Positions 13,257 to 27,005 of a DNA stretch of 64,000 nucleotides are shown here, piece after piece (position 1 is the stretch's first letter; every line of letters begins with the position of its first letter). Origin of the DNA: Paraspadella gotoi. Its lineage: Eukaryota; Animalia; Chaetognatha. Under the pieces are notes generated by a model. That model ran no database searches, was not told the origin of the DNA, and was given only the letters and a program-made list of their open reading frames with translations. Both the position numbers and the translations under genes were made by a program. The stretch is taken from positions 3,792,069 through 3,856,068 of the forward strand of contig CM119269.1 in the NCBI GenBank assembly GCA_051294375.1. The letters are read 5' to 3'.

Positions 13257-13733
13257 TAAGGCGGAACAAAGTAAAAACTAAGAGTTCTGTAATATAAATA
13301 ACGTTAGAGCATCCCTGTGGGATAACGAAATTTAAAAAAAAAATGAAAATTTTACATATAGTTAATAACATAGAACGTATTCTGGTAGAGCTTAAAAAAT
13401 AAATAAAAAATATTACTACAAGATTTCAAAAGTTTTATGTTTTATTGGTTAAAATTAACAAAAACTATAAAAATTATGGTACGATGATGATTTTAAAAAG
13501 TTTTTTTCATTATTCGACCCACTTATCATCGAAATATTGAAAAACGCAATATATCGAAATCCGTTCTTAAAAAAATAAATTTTTTACCAAAAATTTATTT
13601 CATTGCCCATGCATTGATAAATATTTAAATGTTTCAATGTTATACTGTGCTTCACTAGTTGATATGATGGACAAATGAATTTTATTTTACAGAACTCTTA
13701 ATGATAAAAAGTGATCAATTTTGGCCCGCCTTA
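13257..13733. mobile_element. hAT-like MITE, 477 bp
   Basis: TIRs TAAGGCGGAACAAA / TTTTGGCCCGCCTTA. The 8-bp flanks TTGTGCAG (13249-13256) and ATGTGCAG (13734-13741) match 7/8, as a TSD would. Inner inverted repeat TAAGAGTTCTGTAATATAAA (13279) / TTTATTTTACAGAACTCTTA (ends 13700). AT-rich non-coding interior. Confidence 0.72.
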
Positions 13734-14794
13734 ATGTGCAGTTCTTACTAGACGCGTCGAAACTTTTCGGGATTTTTTTTTAACCCGCTGATATACATAA
13801 GCCCCGAAATAAATTGTTTTTTGGAAGAGAAAAAAAAAATTCGTTCTAAAAATAAATGTCAACATCACGCTAAGGTTGACACTTGCGCTGATAGGTTTGT
13901 AAAAATTATGTTTACATTACCCGAGAGTCCTAACTTGTATCGAATCGCTAACGCTCATCGGATAAGTTGGTGACTGAAAGTAAAAAAACAAACTAGTAAT
14001 TGATTTAAAAATCCAAATCATTAAAGGAATAAGACGGATTTCATCCTTCAATCTATTAAAAATCATTGCCGCCCCCACCTGCCAGTAAAATCCAGTTTTT
14101 CTTTCTTTTTTCTGTTCCGAAATTTTTCTTTCCTTTCCCCTCCCTTTCCTCCCTCACACACAAAACCTCTCTCACTCACTCTCATTCCTCCGTATTCGCC
14201 GAGCGCCTCCTCCTCCTCCTCCTCCTCCTCCTCCTCCTCCTCCTCCTCCTCCTCCTCTTCCTCCTTTTCCCTTTCCTTTCCTTCCATTCCATCGTCATCG
14301 CTTCCACAAGCGGAGAAACTGTTTCCTCCATATTTTTTTTTTTAATCCGATTCTTTCTTTCTTTTTTTTCCTTTTTTTTTATTCCGCGATTCTTTTTTTA
14401 TTTTTTTATATAGTTTTTTCTCTAATCTCAAAAAATAACAAATTCCTCGTTCTCTCCATCTTCCTTTTTTTTTTTATTACGTCTGCGGTTTTTATTTCAT
14501 ATTTTGCTTCTTCAGTCGTCGTCGTCGTCGTCCTCGCATAACGTATCCCCGGGAGCGTCGCATCAGATTTATGGTTATTCCAATAAAAACGAAAAAAAGA
14601 AAACATGAATTATTACTTTTGTTAAACCCGATGCATGTTTTTTTTTTTTAAACTACAAAATGCGAAATTGGATTGAAACGAGATAATTTTCTGTTTTCAA
14701 CTAAATTATTGACAACGAAACATATTTCGGCAACAATAAAATAACAACTTTTCGTAAATAATAAAAAAAAATTAAACTCTTCGTGTGACGAACG

Positions 14795-14828
14795 ACTTCC
14801 GGTCACGTGACCCTTTTCGTCACGTGAC
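14795..14828. promoter_or_regulatory. ETS site overlapping the first of two perfect GTCACGTGAC (CLEAR/USF-type E-box) palindromes
   Basis: ACTTCCGG at 14795-14802; GTCACGTGAC at 14802-14811 and 14819-14828. Confidence 0.45.
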
Positions 14829-15374
14829 AACGGCTTCCAGTCTCAACGCAATATATATATAAACGTTTAACCGACTCTTCTTTTCTTTTTTAAAACTTAA
14901 GAATAGTCATTGTTTAATATTCGAATTTCCGGTTGGGTGAAAATTAAATATAAACCAGAAGTAATAAAAGAGAAGGAAGAGACACGAGGCTCTCTGACTT
15001 TGAGTTCGGATGGAAAAGGAAAAAAAAAAGGAAAAGAAAAAATATGGCTTTGTGTTGGGCAGAAGAAAATAGTCGATACGAAACCAAATCCCTTCCTCGA
15101 CCGGCGCCGTCTTTGCGCCGTCATTGGCGAACAATCCTTGCTCAAAGATATTGCCTTTTGGGGAAGCGAGCAATATGTCTCTCTTATCTGCGGCTGCCTG
15201 CGTAATATTTTAAAACGATCAGCTGGTTTTTATATTTTTGAATTCTTGCACAATGTGACCATAACCAGTCAAATAAAGGAATTTAGTCTCTCTCTTCAAT
15301 GTCCATCAAATTCTTGCCGTCTTTAACCTCTCGACAGAAATGACAATTTTATTTCTCGTGGTAACTCTTTTTCT

Positions 15375-15740
15375 ACCATCACCAAACAATCAAATTTCTC
15401 TACATTTCTCTTACACCATCACCAAACAATCCCCCCTTCTCAGCGGCGGCCATCTTTACGCCATCACCAAACAATAAGCCTTCTCAGCGGTAACCATCTT
15501 CAAAACCACCCTCTAAGTCAGCAGTAAACCAACTTAATTCAATCATCAATCAAGCTCTTTTGCAAGCAGAAGCCATCCTCATTCTCAGCTGCGGTCATCT
15601 GAGCATCAATAACAATCATGTCCCCCTTCTCAGCAGCAAACAATCCCCCTTTCTCAGCAGCAACCATCTTTACGCCATCACCAAACAATCCTCCCTTCTC
15701 AGCGGCGGCCATCTTTGCGGCATCATCTCCAAAAAATCCT
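15375..15740. repeat. Degenerate ~45-bp minisatellite (CCATCACCAAACAATCCCCCCTTCTCAGCGGCGGCCATCTTTACG)
   Basis: Units start at 15376, 15416, 15461 and 15675, with partial units between. Confidence 0.75.
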
Positions 15741-16978
15741 CTCCAAGCGAAAAGCACCGAGAGAGGGCGGTGATTTTCAACAAAGGCTCTTCTCAATTGC
15801 GGGGCTTTTAACCACGGATCCTCTCCTTAGCGGTCCTTCACACTCACGGCGTCAGTTTCTGTAATGGCGTTGGTTCCTCCTTTATCCGATCTCCTCTTGA
15901 AAAAAAAAAAAAAGGTTCGGCTTATTAGACGCGCTCTCAACGAGGGTCCTTTTTCTTTCCGGGTCCACTGGATCGAAACTCATATTCATTTTTATTGTTA
16001 TAATAATTTATATTCAAAATGTACGTAATTCTCGCGTCTTTTTCCATAACTTTATAGTAAGTATAAAGGTTTAAAATATATATATATATATATATTAACT
16101 AAACTCTAAATAAGATTAAGTTTCTCGAGACGTCCTTCCACGTACTTTCTTGATCTTCAACAGAGATTTTTATTTTTTTGGCCCTGACATTTCTTAACCC
16201 GCCCCCCGCCCACGCCACGAAGTTTTCCCAGTCGAGTTTTTCGCCCAATTCAGTTCTTCTCTAACTGAAACCAAGTCTGGACCAAGACCAAAATATCTCC
16301 CTTCTTACTTGGCCCGAGACGACGATGCCAACAACCGATCTGTTTTCTTGAGTAACGGAGTGGTCAGGCCAGCCGACCTGGTCACCTCCCCCCTCTTCCT
16401 CACCTTCCCAATCCCCTCCCTCCCTCCTCCTCTCTCCCTCTCTTCCTCTATCTTTCCCCACCCTAATTAAACAACATTCTGGCTGCAGCCTCTCAAGGCA
16501 AGTCTCAAGTCTACCATCTTAGACAGCTTTGAGAGTGAGGTAGTCCCTCGTTGGACGAATGCCTTTCAAGTCAAGTCAAGGCTAACTGGCTACTATTTCC
16601 CAAATTTTCTGATTTTCTAAAGTGGGCCTCGAAAAGTTCTGTTACGTCAACGGTTAACGTTTACTCGTCTATCGTACACTTGCTTAGTCCCAACATCGTA
16701 ATAAACTCGGAACTCTCGTTCCAAACGAGGATTATAAGAAATAATCCGCCAGAAGCCATTCATCAAAAAGTTGGGAGGCATCGTCGATGGCGGAAAAAAC
16801 TGACATCCCATATAGTCCCTTTGTCCGTTTATGTCCCAATCTCGTTAATCATCGAACCCAGTCAGCACAAAAAACTTTATCATCCTCCAAGCTTGACCTC
16901 CCAAGCTTTTTACAAGCACGCAGTTTTCTTTTCTTTCGCGACTGAAAAGGTCTTTCTCTCTCTTCTCTCTCTTTCTCT

Positions 16979-17046
<68 letters not shown>

Positions 17047-17340
17047 CTCTCGAAAACACGTTATATGCAGGAATTATTGGATCGCCCCGAGCTGTTATTG
17101 TGTCCCAAGGATGACGAAATGGCAAGATGGCGAGGCGGAGGAGAGATGGCAAATAGCAATGTGGCTGCGTGGAGAGACGGCATGTGGCAATGGCGAAAAA
17201 GCCGTATGGACCGATGTTAGCATTTTGTCGGTTTTCAGAAAAATAAACAAACTCGGGTTTTTTTTTTCTCGGGCTGTAGAGAACGATAATATTTTACGAG
17301 TTTTTAAAAACATTACTCATTTTCTATACGAGCAGGATAG

Positions 17341-17438
<98 letters not shown>

Positions 17439-18159
17439 CAAGGAAAAAAGAGAGGGTGGAAAAAAGCCATTCTTTTTTCACATGCCTTGGCGAATTTATT
17501 AAAGCAATAAATTTTTTTACCGATATTAAGTTATTAACTATTCGGCCCGAGAAGAAACGCCATCTTTCTCCATTCTCCTTTTATCGAAAAAAAAAAAAGC
17601 GGCGGCTGGTTCCAGAGACCAATAACCTATCTGGGTAATGCATGTAATCTCTCTATTTTCCATCTGGTCTCCCATGGGCCGTCTCATCATTGCCCGAGGA
17701 CGTGGCGACGTTCCTTCTGTCTCGTTGTCGATTTTAGAAACCATGGGTCGTCGACTATTTACTAAAAATACCGCAATCGCTGTTTTTTTTTTCATTTGTC
17801 AGTGTCTTAACTTAATATAAACGGAGACTGCGCCCACAATACAGCGGTCCGAGATTGATATCAATATCAATAATGCAATATTCAAGAAAATGTAATTTAT
17901 TAATTTGCGACGATAACTCCATTCCCGCTCATCGCAAATTGATTCGCCACCGGAAACCACCGCGCACAACGCCCTCATTTTCTAATTCGTCGCCACGCCT
18001 TCATTCAATTCTCTTTCAACCCCTAAACCGCCCACCGTGGGTTCCTCCTCCGATCGTCTCGATTTAAATTCAGTGGAAGTGAAATGTGTCCCCATTTCCG
18101 AGAAAACCCGCCGCGTCGAATTCAATCGAGAGACGAGGACCTCGCCGACGCGGGCGCCA

Positions 18160-18240
18160 GAGCGTGCGAACATGCGCTTCCAGCGTGCGAACATGCGGAT
18201 CGAACGTGCAAACATGCGCATCGAGCGTGCGAAGAAGTGC
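18160..18240. repeat. 21-bp tandem repeat, about 4 copies (GAGCGTGCGAACATGCGCATC)
   Basis: Directly visible; a GC-rich island in an AT-rich background. Confidence 0.8.
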
Positions 18241-19059
18241 GCGCGCGGAGTATCTCGGAGGCTCGTTGATTCTTGAGGATGACACACGATGGGTTTATCG
18301 TTATTTAACGACGCCAACGATGGCTCAATCTTAACATCGGCTGCGCAAAGGCTCGTGAGAAACTTAATTTGCTCGAGTGTATTAAAAATTTAAATCAAAG
18401 CCCGATTTTCTGTTGAAAGTTTTTTTTAAAATTTTATCTGCAAAGTTTTTTTTTTTGGAAATTGAAGACTCGAAGCAAAGCGACGAAGAGACAGAGAATA
18501 AAAAAAAAGATTTGTCCCGGGTTCGAGATAAGAGGCATGACGCATTATGTTGGATATTCTTCGGTCTGCAATGAAACTGCCTTCGCTCTTGGGGAAACGT
18601 CTGAAAAGAATTCTCGTTGCCAAGAATTGTCATCGTACATCGTAGAGCGTGCGAGACAAGCTGATCTCCGAAAGTCGGCCAGCGTCGGCAATAATCGCGG
18701 CCGACGCCGAACTTGAAAAATAAAAACATTAGCTGCGAAAGTTGAGATGGAAAAAGGAAAAAGAAATGGAAAGAAAAAAAAAACCCGTCGGGCTGGAAAT
18801 TTATTCCATCTCTTGATAACGAATTCCTAGTCTATAAACAAAAAAAAAAATAGGAAAGGAGCTGGAGGGTTTCCCTTTTCGTCATGAGAACAGAAGTGGG
18901 GTTTGAGTGAAAGAGGGACGGGGGTCGGGTTTCCATTGGGAGGTGCCGATCAGGTGCCGATTCGGGTGCCGGGTGTCGATAGAAGCCGAAAAACCGGTGA
19001 CCGAGTTCGCCGCTTCGGGTTGTAACTCTTTGGGAAAAAGAAACAAACAAAACAAACTG

Positions 19060-19148
<89 letters not shown>

Positions 19149-21762
19149 AAAAGGAAACGAAGAAAACGATAAAAAGGAAAAAGGGAAAAGAGAAACAACT
19201 AATAAATGGAAAAATATCATATTAAAGTACTTAAAATAAAAAAAGAGTCAATGGCATGAAGTTTTTTTTTTTAATACCAAAAACAGTAATAACATAATCA
19301 TAAACAGTCACAGTGTAAAAGACTGGAAAACAAGTAAAAACTAAACTACATATATTGAAATATTAATGACATGAAGCCATTAAGGTCATTGAGGATTCCC
19401 AGTTTCAAAGAAAGCATGGCTATCATTGAGTTTTTATTTCTTGAATTCTCTTAAAATTGGAATTTTTGTAAACGTTTGATAAGACAGGATGTTAAAATGT
19501 TATTGTTATAATTTATAGATATGCACTTCTTCTGAAATATCAACTAAAATTTAGGTTTTCAAGACTGATAACGCAACAATTAAAAATATTTAAAAAAAAG
19601 TCGAGTCTCATTTCGATTTAAAAAAAAATGGAATTCACTGTCAAGAAAATCGAGGCGAATGGGGAAATTCTCTCAAGGGTTGAGAGTTGAGTCCTCTTGA
19701 AGCGGATTGTTTTTCGGCTGGAATAAATGTTTTTAAAGGCAAAACAAAAATAAGTTTGTATTAAATTCTGTTAGAAAAAGATGAGGATATTGTAAGGTGT
19801 TTTTTTGTCTACGCTTTTTTTGTTTTATCTGCAGCCCCATTGAAATTAATATACGATTTAAGGTCTAATATACAAATACTATCTTAAATAAAGAAATAAG
19901 AATATTTAACCTAGCAATAAATCTTTCCCGTCAGTCTCTCACGTACAAATCATATTTCTGATGATTATACAAACAGGACGTGAGGGCGTGAGAGTTTGAG
20001 AGAATTTATGAAGAGAATCACATCAGGTCCAGCGGAAACGGGAAAAGCCTGCAAAGTTGACTAATATTATTACTATAGATTATAAGATTTATTTTTAAGA
20101 ATTATTTGGGTCTCTTTTAGGCTCACGCTCACGGGCGTTTCTCGTCTTCACGCCGACACATAGTTTAACTCGGGAGAATTAATATTTTTTTTCTCACGCG
20201 GTCGAATGAATTTGTGAGAATCCTGATCTCACGTTTCTTGTGAATCCGACATCTGATTGAGGGAAAACAAGAAATCCATTTTTTCTTCCTCTCTTCTTTC
20301 CATTTATTTTTGGAATCTTCTCTCTTTTCTACTTGTGTTTTTCTCGAAGGAGTGATTCGATTTTTTTTTTCTTCTTTTTTTGAAATCTAAATTCTTTTCT
20401 TTTGATTATTCTCTTTCTTTCTTTTTTTTTCCCTTTTCTTTCGCCATCACTCGTCGGCCTGTTCATTGCTAGGATGGATTAGTTTCAATTTGCATCCATT
20501 ACTTTTTTTTATATAAAGATTTCATGGTTCTCTTTTTTTTTCCCCTTGAGAAAAGGGAAGGTTATTTTTTTTTTCGATTGTAAGTTAGTGAGAAGAGAAG
20601 ATTGATAACATTAATATGCAAGCGAGCGAGAGTTCTCTTTGGTCGCGCTCCTCTGTTTTCCCCCGTTGTCGTCTAAGCGATTGGAAAAAAAAAAGAAAAC
20701 AAACCCCAAGCAGTCGGCCTGTCTTTCTCTTTCGTTTTTTATTTTGTTTTTTTTTCTTGTGGTAAAAACTGATCGGAGAAAAACAATACGATTTTGGTAT
20801 TGTTTCGTCATAAAATGTTTAGTGTTAAATGTAAAGTGATTTAAAAAGGTTTTTAACTCGGACCCATATCTTGGTTTAGTTTTCGTTAAACAACCCATGT
20901 AAAGAACAAATTATATCACGAGTGAACTTGAATTTAAATTAAGAATAAAGTCGCTTTTGTTTGTGGTAGGATTCTTTTGTTTACATGAGGTGTCTGCCTA
21001 CACACCAGAGACACACGAAAACTAATTTTTTTCCCTTTGGTTTTATTTGTCGACGTGGATTTAAGAAAACGATTCAAATAGGATTTAATCGAACCCGATA
21101 ATTTGTTCAGAGAGGTGTTAATGAGTTAATTAATTACTTTTTTTAAAGAAAATATGCGAGTAAAAAGAATTAAAGAGCTATTAACTAAACGACGGTAGAA
21201 ATGAAAGCGAAGGCTCGCGGATTCTGTGAGTTAGTATTTAATTGCAAAAAACTTGATACGTATGACAAATAACCGTAAATAGTGTATGTTCTTGCTTAAA
21301 AATAAATTTTTTCTGAACTGATCATTTATTTCAAATAATTTTTTTTTCTACCAGATTTAGCTTATTTATAGTCCTTATTCTTATTAATAGTAGGGCTTAA
21401 AAATTAATTATAAATCGTTCACTAACCCTGATTGAATTTTCCAGTCGACAGGATTCGCTCTCCGACGTGGAATTGGACATCTCTCACTCTGTCTCTGTCT
21501 CTCTCTCTCTGTCTCTGTGACTTTCTATGTCTCTGTCCCTCTCTCTCTCACTCTCTCTCCCTCTCTCTTTCGCTCTCTCTACCGCCAGTATTCGTGGTGC
21601 CAGGAGCCGCGTTCTCTTCCTCCGGATCCCAAAGCTCCATAAAGGGAAAAAAAGGAGAAAAGGAAATAAGGAAAGAAAGAGAAGGAGAAAATAAGGAAAG
21701 ACGTAAAGAATGAAGCAATAGTCCGTAGAGAAGGGAGACCCTCGGACAGAAAGACATGTTGG

Positions 21763-21764
21763 GA

Positions 21765-21852
<88 letters not shown>

Positions 21853-22415
21853 ATGAAATCAAAAAAAGAAATCAAAAAGAAAGAAAGAAAAAGAAGAATA
21901 AATGAAAAAAAAAAACTTCCCCGACGCGACTTTCAGAGAAAAGCTGAAGGGATGTAATTGAAGCCCGGATGTAATTGAAGACGTTAGAAGCCTCATGTGA
22001 GCTAGAATCAGAAGATAATGAGGATTTCTCCTTTGCTTCTTTCCCACGTGCATCTTGTCACTTATCACGGATGCCGTCTTGGCTGCCGTCTTTTTGCCGT
22101 CTTCACGGTCGCGTTTTTATCTTTGCCATCTTTTAACGACTTAAATAATGGCTTCGGTTTCTTCTGCCATCTTATCTTGCCTTCCAGCTTTTTTGCAACG
22201 ATGCCATACTTTCCTTCCTCTTTTTTGACTTCCTTTTTTTTCTTTTCCATCTTTTTTTTTTACAACTTCTTTTTAACATTCAGTGCGAACGATCTTTTAC
22301 TTGCTTCGTCTTAAGGTGAATGACCCTTCCTCTTAAGAATCTCACAAGCTCTTTTTAATGTCATTTAAAAGGCAGTTGATGCTTATTATATAATTATTAT
22401 GAAAGTTAAAATGTA

Positions 22416-22496
<81 letters not shown>

Positions 22497-22528
22497 TTTT
22501 CTTTCTATCCTTTTTTCTGTCTTTTACA

Positions 22529-22611
<83 letters not shown>

Positions 22612-22660
22612 TTTTTTTTCTTTCTTTCTATCCTTTTTTCTGTCTTTTACACTTTCTTTC
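21763..22660. repeat. (GAAA)n tract at 21763-21852 and oppositely oriented (CTTT)n tracts at 22430-22660
   Basis: Directly visible tetranucleotide microsatellites. Confidence 0.9.
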
Positions 22661-23376
22661 CTTCTTTCTTTTCCCCCTTTTTTCCCTTCCAACTCAGATC
22701 CATCCAGAAATCTTCTTCCCAAATCTTCGTCGGATCCTCTTTCCTTTACTCTGCATACAGAGTCCAACGGGGATATCAAGATGTCTATCGGACGATCCCT
22801 GCACTCGGGAGAAACTTGAAAGGTTCAACTCGCGGAGCAACACTCTAAATCACTTTTCGGTCGGTCTGTCGGTCGGTCTGTCGGTTGATATGTCTGTCCG
22901 TAAGTCTGGCAACTTACGTTATAAATGCATAAAATTCGCCTATTGTTGGTTGCTCATTTGTTAAGACAGGAAAAAACCTCACATCCATGGGACTGCTAGC
23001 GCCGCCTTCACGAAATCCTAAGGAATAAAAGACGGAATTTCGATGCAGGGCATGTCATAAACACAAGGCCTAAAAAGTTTTATAGTCATGTCATGTCATG
23101 TCATATAATGTGATCAAAGGGAAATACACGTAAAAATAAAGTCACTGAGGCGCGAAACATGGGAATCACCGTTTTTGTTTTTATTTGTAAAGAGGGAAGG
23201 GGGCAGGAATTGGGGGGGACTGGGAAAGCCCCCGCCCGCCCGGAGGGGGGAGGTGGTTGAGGGCAGAGGTTACCCTCGCAGTCGAGTATGACAAATAGTG
23301 AGGATAAAATGTTTTTTTTCATATCAAAGTCCAAAGAGAGGATGTCGCGTGGACCGCTTTGTTTTCATTTCGAGAA

Positions 23377-23491
<115 letters not shown>

Positions 23492-26400
23492 GTTCAAGAG
23501 AAAGGCCGACGTTGTTTGAACGGGCGAAATTATTACCATATGGCCGGGATACATGGCAAGACTGGCGCAGCAGCGTCCGGCGTCCGCCTTCCGTGCCGCG
23601 TTACGGCGCCGCCCAGTCGTCGACCCATCGGGCTCGGCGTTTCATGAGCAGGACGCCATAAATTCGCCCGAAAAAAAAAGGACTTTTTCGTCATGAATAA
23701 AAAATATTGGGTTTTGACTTCCATTGCAAATGGAGGAACGATAAGCATAACGCGACCGCGGAGAGCCGATTGGGAATGGAATTTGTAAGGTGTATCCAAA
23801 GAGCGAAGTAAGAAAGCCGATTGGGAAAAAAATTCGATGGCGGTTGTTGGGTTTAGTTAAACAAGGGATGGGATGCGATTTTTGAACGATTTGTTCATAC
23901 TATATTATTATCATTTTTAGTCAAATTTAAACAAAGTCAAGTAATAGGATTTACAGGAATATCTACATATTTAAAAAACCTGGGCGGAAAGTATTTTAAT
24001 GTGTTGTAAGTTATGTTTTATGTACGTGTGTTGCGTAAGTGCTCCCTGTATTTCCAGAGGACAACACTAACATGGTAGCATCGTAGAAAATGGATAAAAA
24101 ATAAAAATAAAATATCAATTAAATTGAAAAACCAATTACTACTTTTATATTAAATAATTTTAAAATTTCATAATTGAAAGATTCAATGTACATTGCATAT
24201 TGTACCACGATTGGAAACGTTTTCATTCGCTTCTTGTAAATGTTTGTTTGCCTATTTGGAGCCAAGTCCTCAAACAAACATAAAAAAACCCCAGAGCACA
24301 AATTTTGTAGGATGGTTTTTCTTGATTAAACCTCCGAACTCCGGAGAATAGAGGAACCGGAAGCCATTCATACTCGCGCGCTTCACGATATGAGATTCTC
24401 GCCGAGACTCCGACGGATTCGATTCTCCACCTGAGGCTGTGAGATTGTGAGATGGTGAGATGGTGAGGAGGTGAGTAGGTGGGGTGGCGAGGTTGTGAAT
24501 CGGTGAGTCGGTGAGAAAGTGAGCTTCTTTTTTTCGTCTCTTTTTCAATTTCACAGCATCTGGTTTACGACGTCGACGACGACGATAACGAGGAAACCTA
24601 TGTGACGGCCACAAATGAAGATGACAATGTCGGTGAATGACGATGACATGAATAGAAAAATGACAAAAACGATGAAAGCGATAAAAATTTAAATCTTAAT
24701 AACTGTGAGTCAAACAATATTTCTGGGGAAAATCGAAACCCATTAACTCCGGAATGAGTCCGCCACTTTTTGTCTACGATCGCGAAGACCAAAACATTCC
24801 AGAGGGCGCGGTCTTTCTTCGATTCACAACATCGAAAACATCTTCGATGACAACGGAAGAGAACAACAAACAAAAGAACCATGATAACGACGACAACAAT
24901 AACAAAAACAGTCAGGTTTTCCAGCTGAACGAGAATTGTTGAGGTTTTTCGGATCTAAGGTTTCATCTATCACGTTTCATACATAAATTTTAAACTCAAA
25001 CGCTATGCCAAGGCTTAAACATTCTGCCGTCTCAAATCATCTACGGACACCAGAGCGCAAATCAGCCTGGAGTGAGAGAGTACCCTTCACTCGTTAGACC
25101 AACTCCTTTCAATTCTAATTCAAGACGACGAGAATTACGACGACGACGACGACGACGACGACGACTACGACGACAAAGAATGGTTTGTTCTCCGCTTTTT
25201 TTCCCCTCTCTCTCTCTCGGCGGGCGTGGTTCTAACGGGGGATAATTACACGGGGGAACTCGGTTAAAACGTCGAATCGAATCAAGAGAAATGAGTTTCG
25301 TATAGCGAGGAGACGAGGAGAGAAATCCACCGGATAAATTTAAACCAAGACTATTTTTATTTATTTTTTTTTTAAATTTTTATTTTTCTTTTCTTGAGTC
25401 TTGAAGATCAAAGGAAAAATTCTTGCCACGAAATTTCGGCCGCTCAACTTTTCTTGTAATGTGTTGGGTTTTTTGGAAGACATTTTAAGAGATCAATTTT
25501 TTTTTAAGATCTTATGGTATATTGGAATAGAGGGTTAGTCGTATGGACCTACTGACTCCTTTGGCCCATGCACGATGTCGAAGAACGAATTTAAGGAGAA
25601 GTTAATATTTTTTAATAAATTATTCATAAGACCGCAAGAGAAAATAAAATTAAATTAACTTTTGAAAATGGCGTCGGAATTGTTTTTTGTTTTTAGTAGT
25701 AAGATCAAAAAAACAAATATGGCGTAGGAAATAAAAAAAAAGAAAAGAGGGAAGCGAGTAAATGTTAAAAAGCGAAATAGAAATTCACTCTTTACCCGCT
25801 GCTACTTTTCGCTTTAGCTTTCACCGCATTAGCATTTACGGCATTTGCATTTACGGCTTTTTTCCCCCCAAGAGAAATAGCAAGCGCAATGGCTCAATTA
25901 CAGTAGCCGACTTTGGAGAGAGATGAGAGTTTTATGTTACGATTATAGCGGAATAAATTTGGCGGAAATAGTTGGCTTAATCATAACTTTTTTTTTTTAA
26001 CTCGACTGTTCTTTCGGCGTTGGCCGCTCATGTTGACGATTTATTTTACGTCATCGCCTCGGTTTAAAAAAAAAAAAACATTTAAGAAACAATGTGTTTT
26101 TATTTTTATTTCTGCTTCCCTAAAGATTCTTGCGGAGAGAAAAAGAAATTTCCGTCTATATATTTGGTTTTCGGAGAAACGGAATCGAGAAAACGCGTTT
26201 CGGTTAAAGCTCCGACATTAATCTTGTTTTTTTGGAGAGTGGGGGGGCGGAGGAGGGGGGGAGAAAGAAAGGTAGGCGGATGACGGAGGAGAAAGATAGG
26301 AGGGACGAGAGGAGGTAAAATATTGGGGAGAGGACGGAGGAAGAGAGGAAGAAAGGAGGTAAAATAGAGAAGAAGAAGATAGGGCGAAGCGAAGGAGTCG

Positions 26401-26704
26401 ACATAAAATATTGAATTGCGAATTAATTAGGGAAATGAAGGAAGGAAGGGAGAAAAGAGGTCGAAAGGTAGGATGAGAGGAACGGTACGCCGCGAGGAGA
26501 AATGACAAATGAAAAGAAAACGATAGGAGGGAATAATAAAAAAAAGAGATAGAAAGGTGAAGAATTCAAAAAGAAAAGAAAGAGAGGACAGAAGTTGAGA
26601 AGTAAAGTGATTCTGGACCCCGAGTTGCGTTGATGGTTTTGATAGCGACGATTCCTTTCGCTTTTAGATGGTCTCGTTGGAGATCCGTGAGGGGAATGGA
26701 GAAC

Positions 26705-26767
<63 letters not shown>

Positions 26768-26891
26768 AATTTCTGAGCAAGAAACAGTCCGTCTTTGAAT
26801 GCGGCGGGCTAAGCAAACGCCACGCATTGAAGTTTGGAGACCGGGGTTTGCCTCATGGATGGATTTGTTTGTGGAGAGAGAGAGAGAGATG

Positions 26892-27005
<114 letters not shown>

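Noticed and set aside
16254-16522. Possible + strand terminal exon (SSLTETKSGPRPKYLPSYLARDDDANNR...)
   Set aside because: No recognisable homology, half of it is low complexity, and no partner exons could be linked.
17982-18317. FMRFamide-like neuropeptide precursor (RMFAR or ANMRF repeats)
   Set aside because: No Gly amidation signals, regular dibasic sites or signal peptide.
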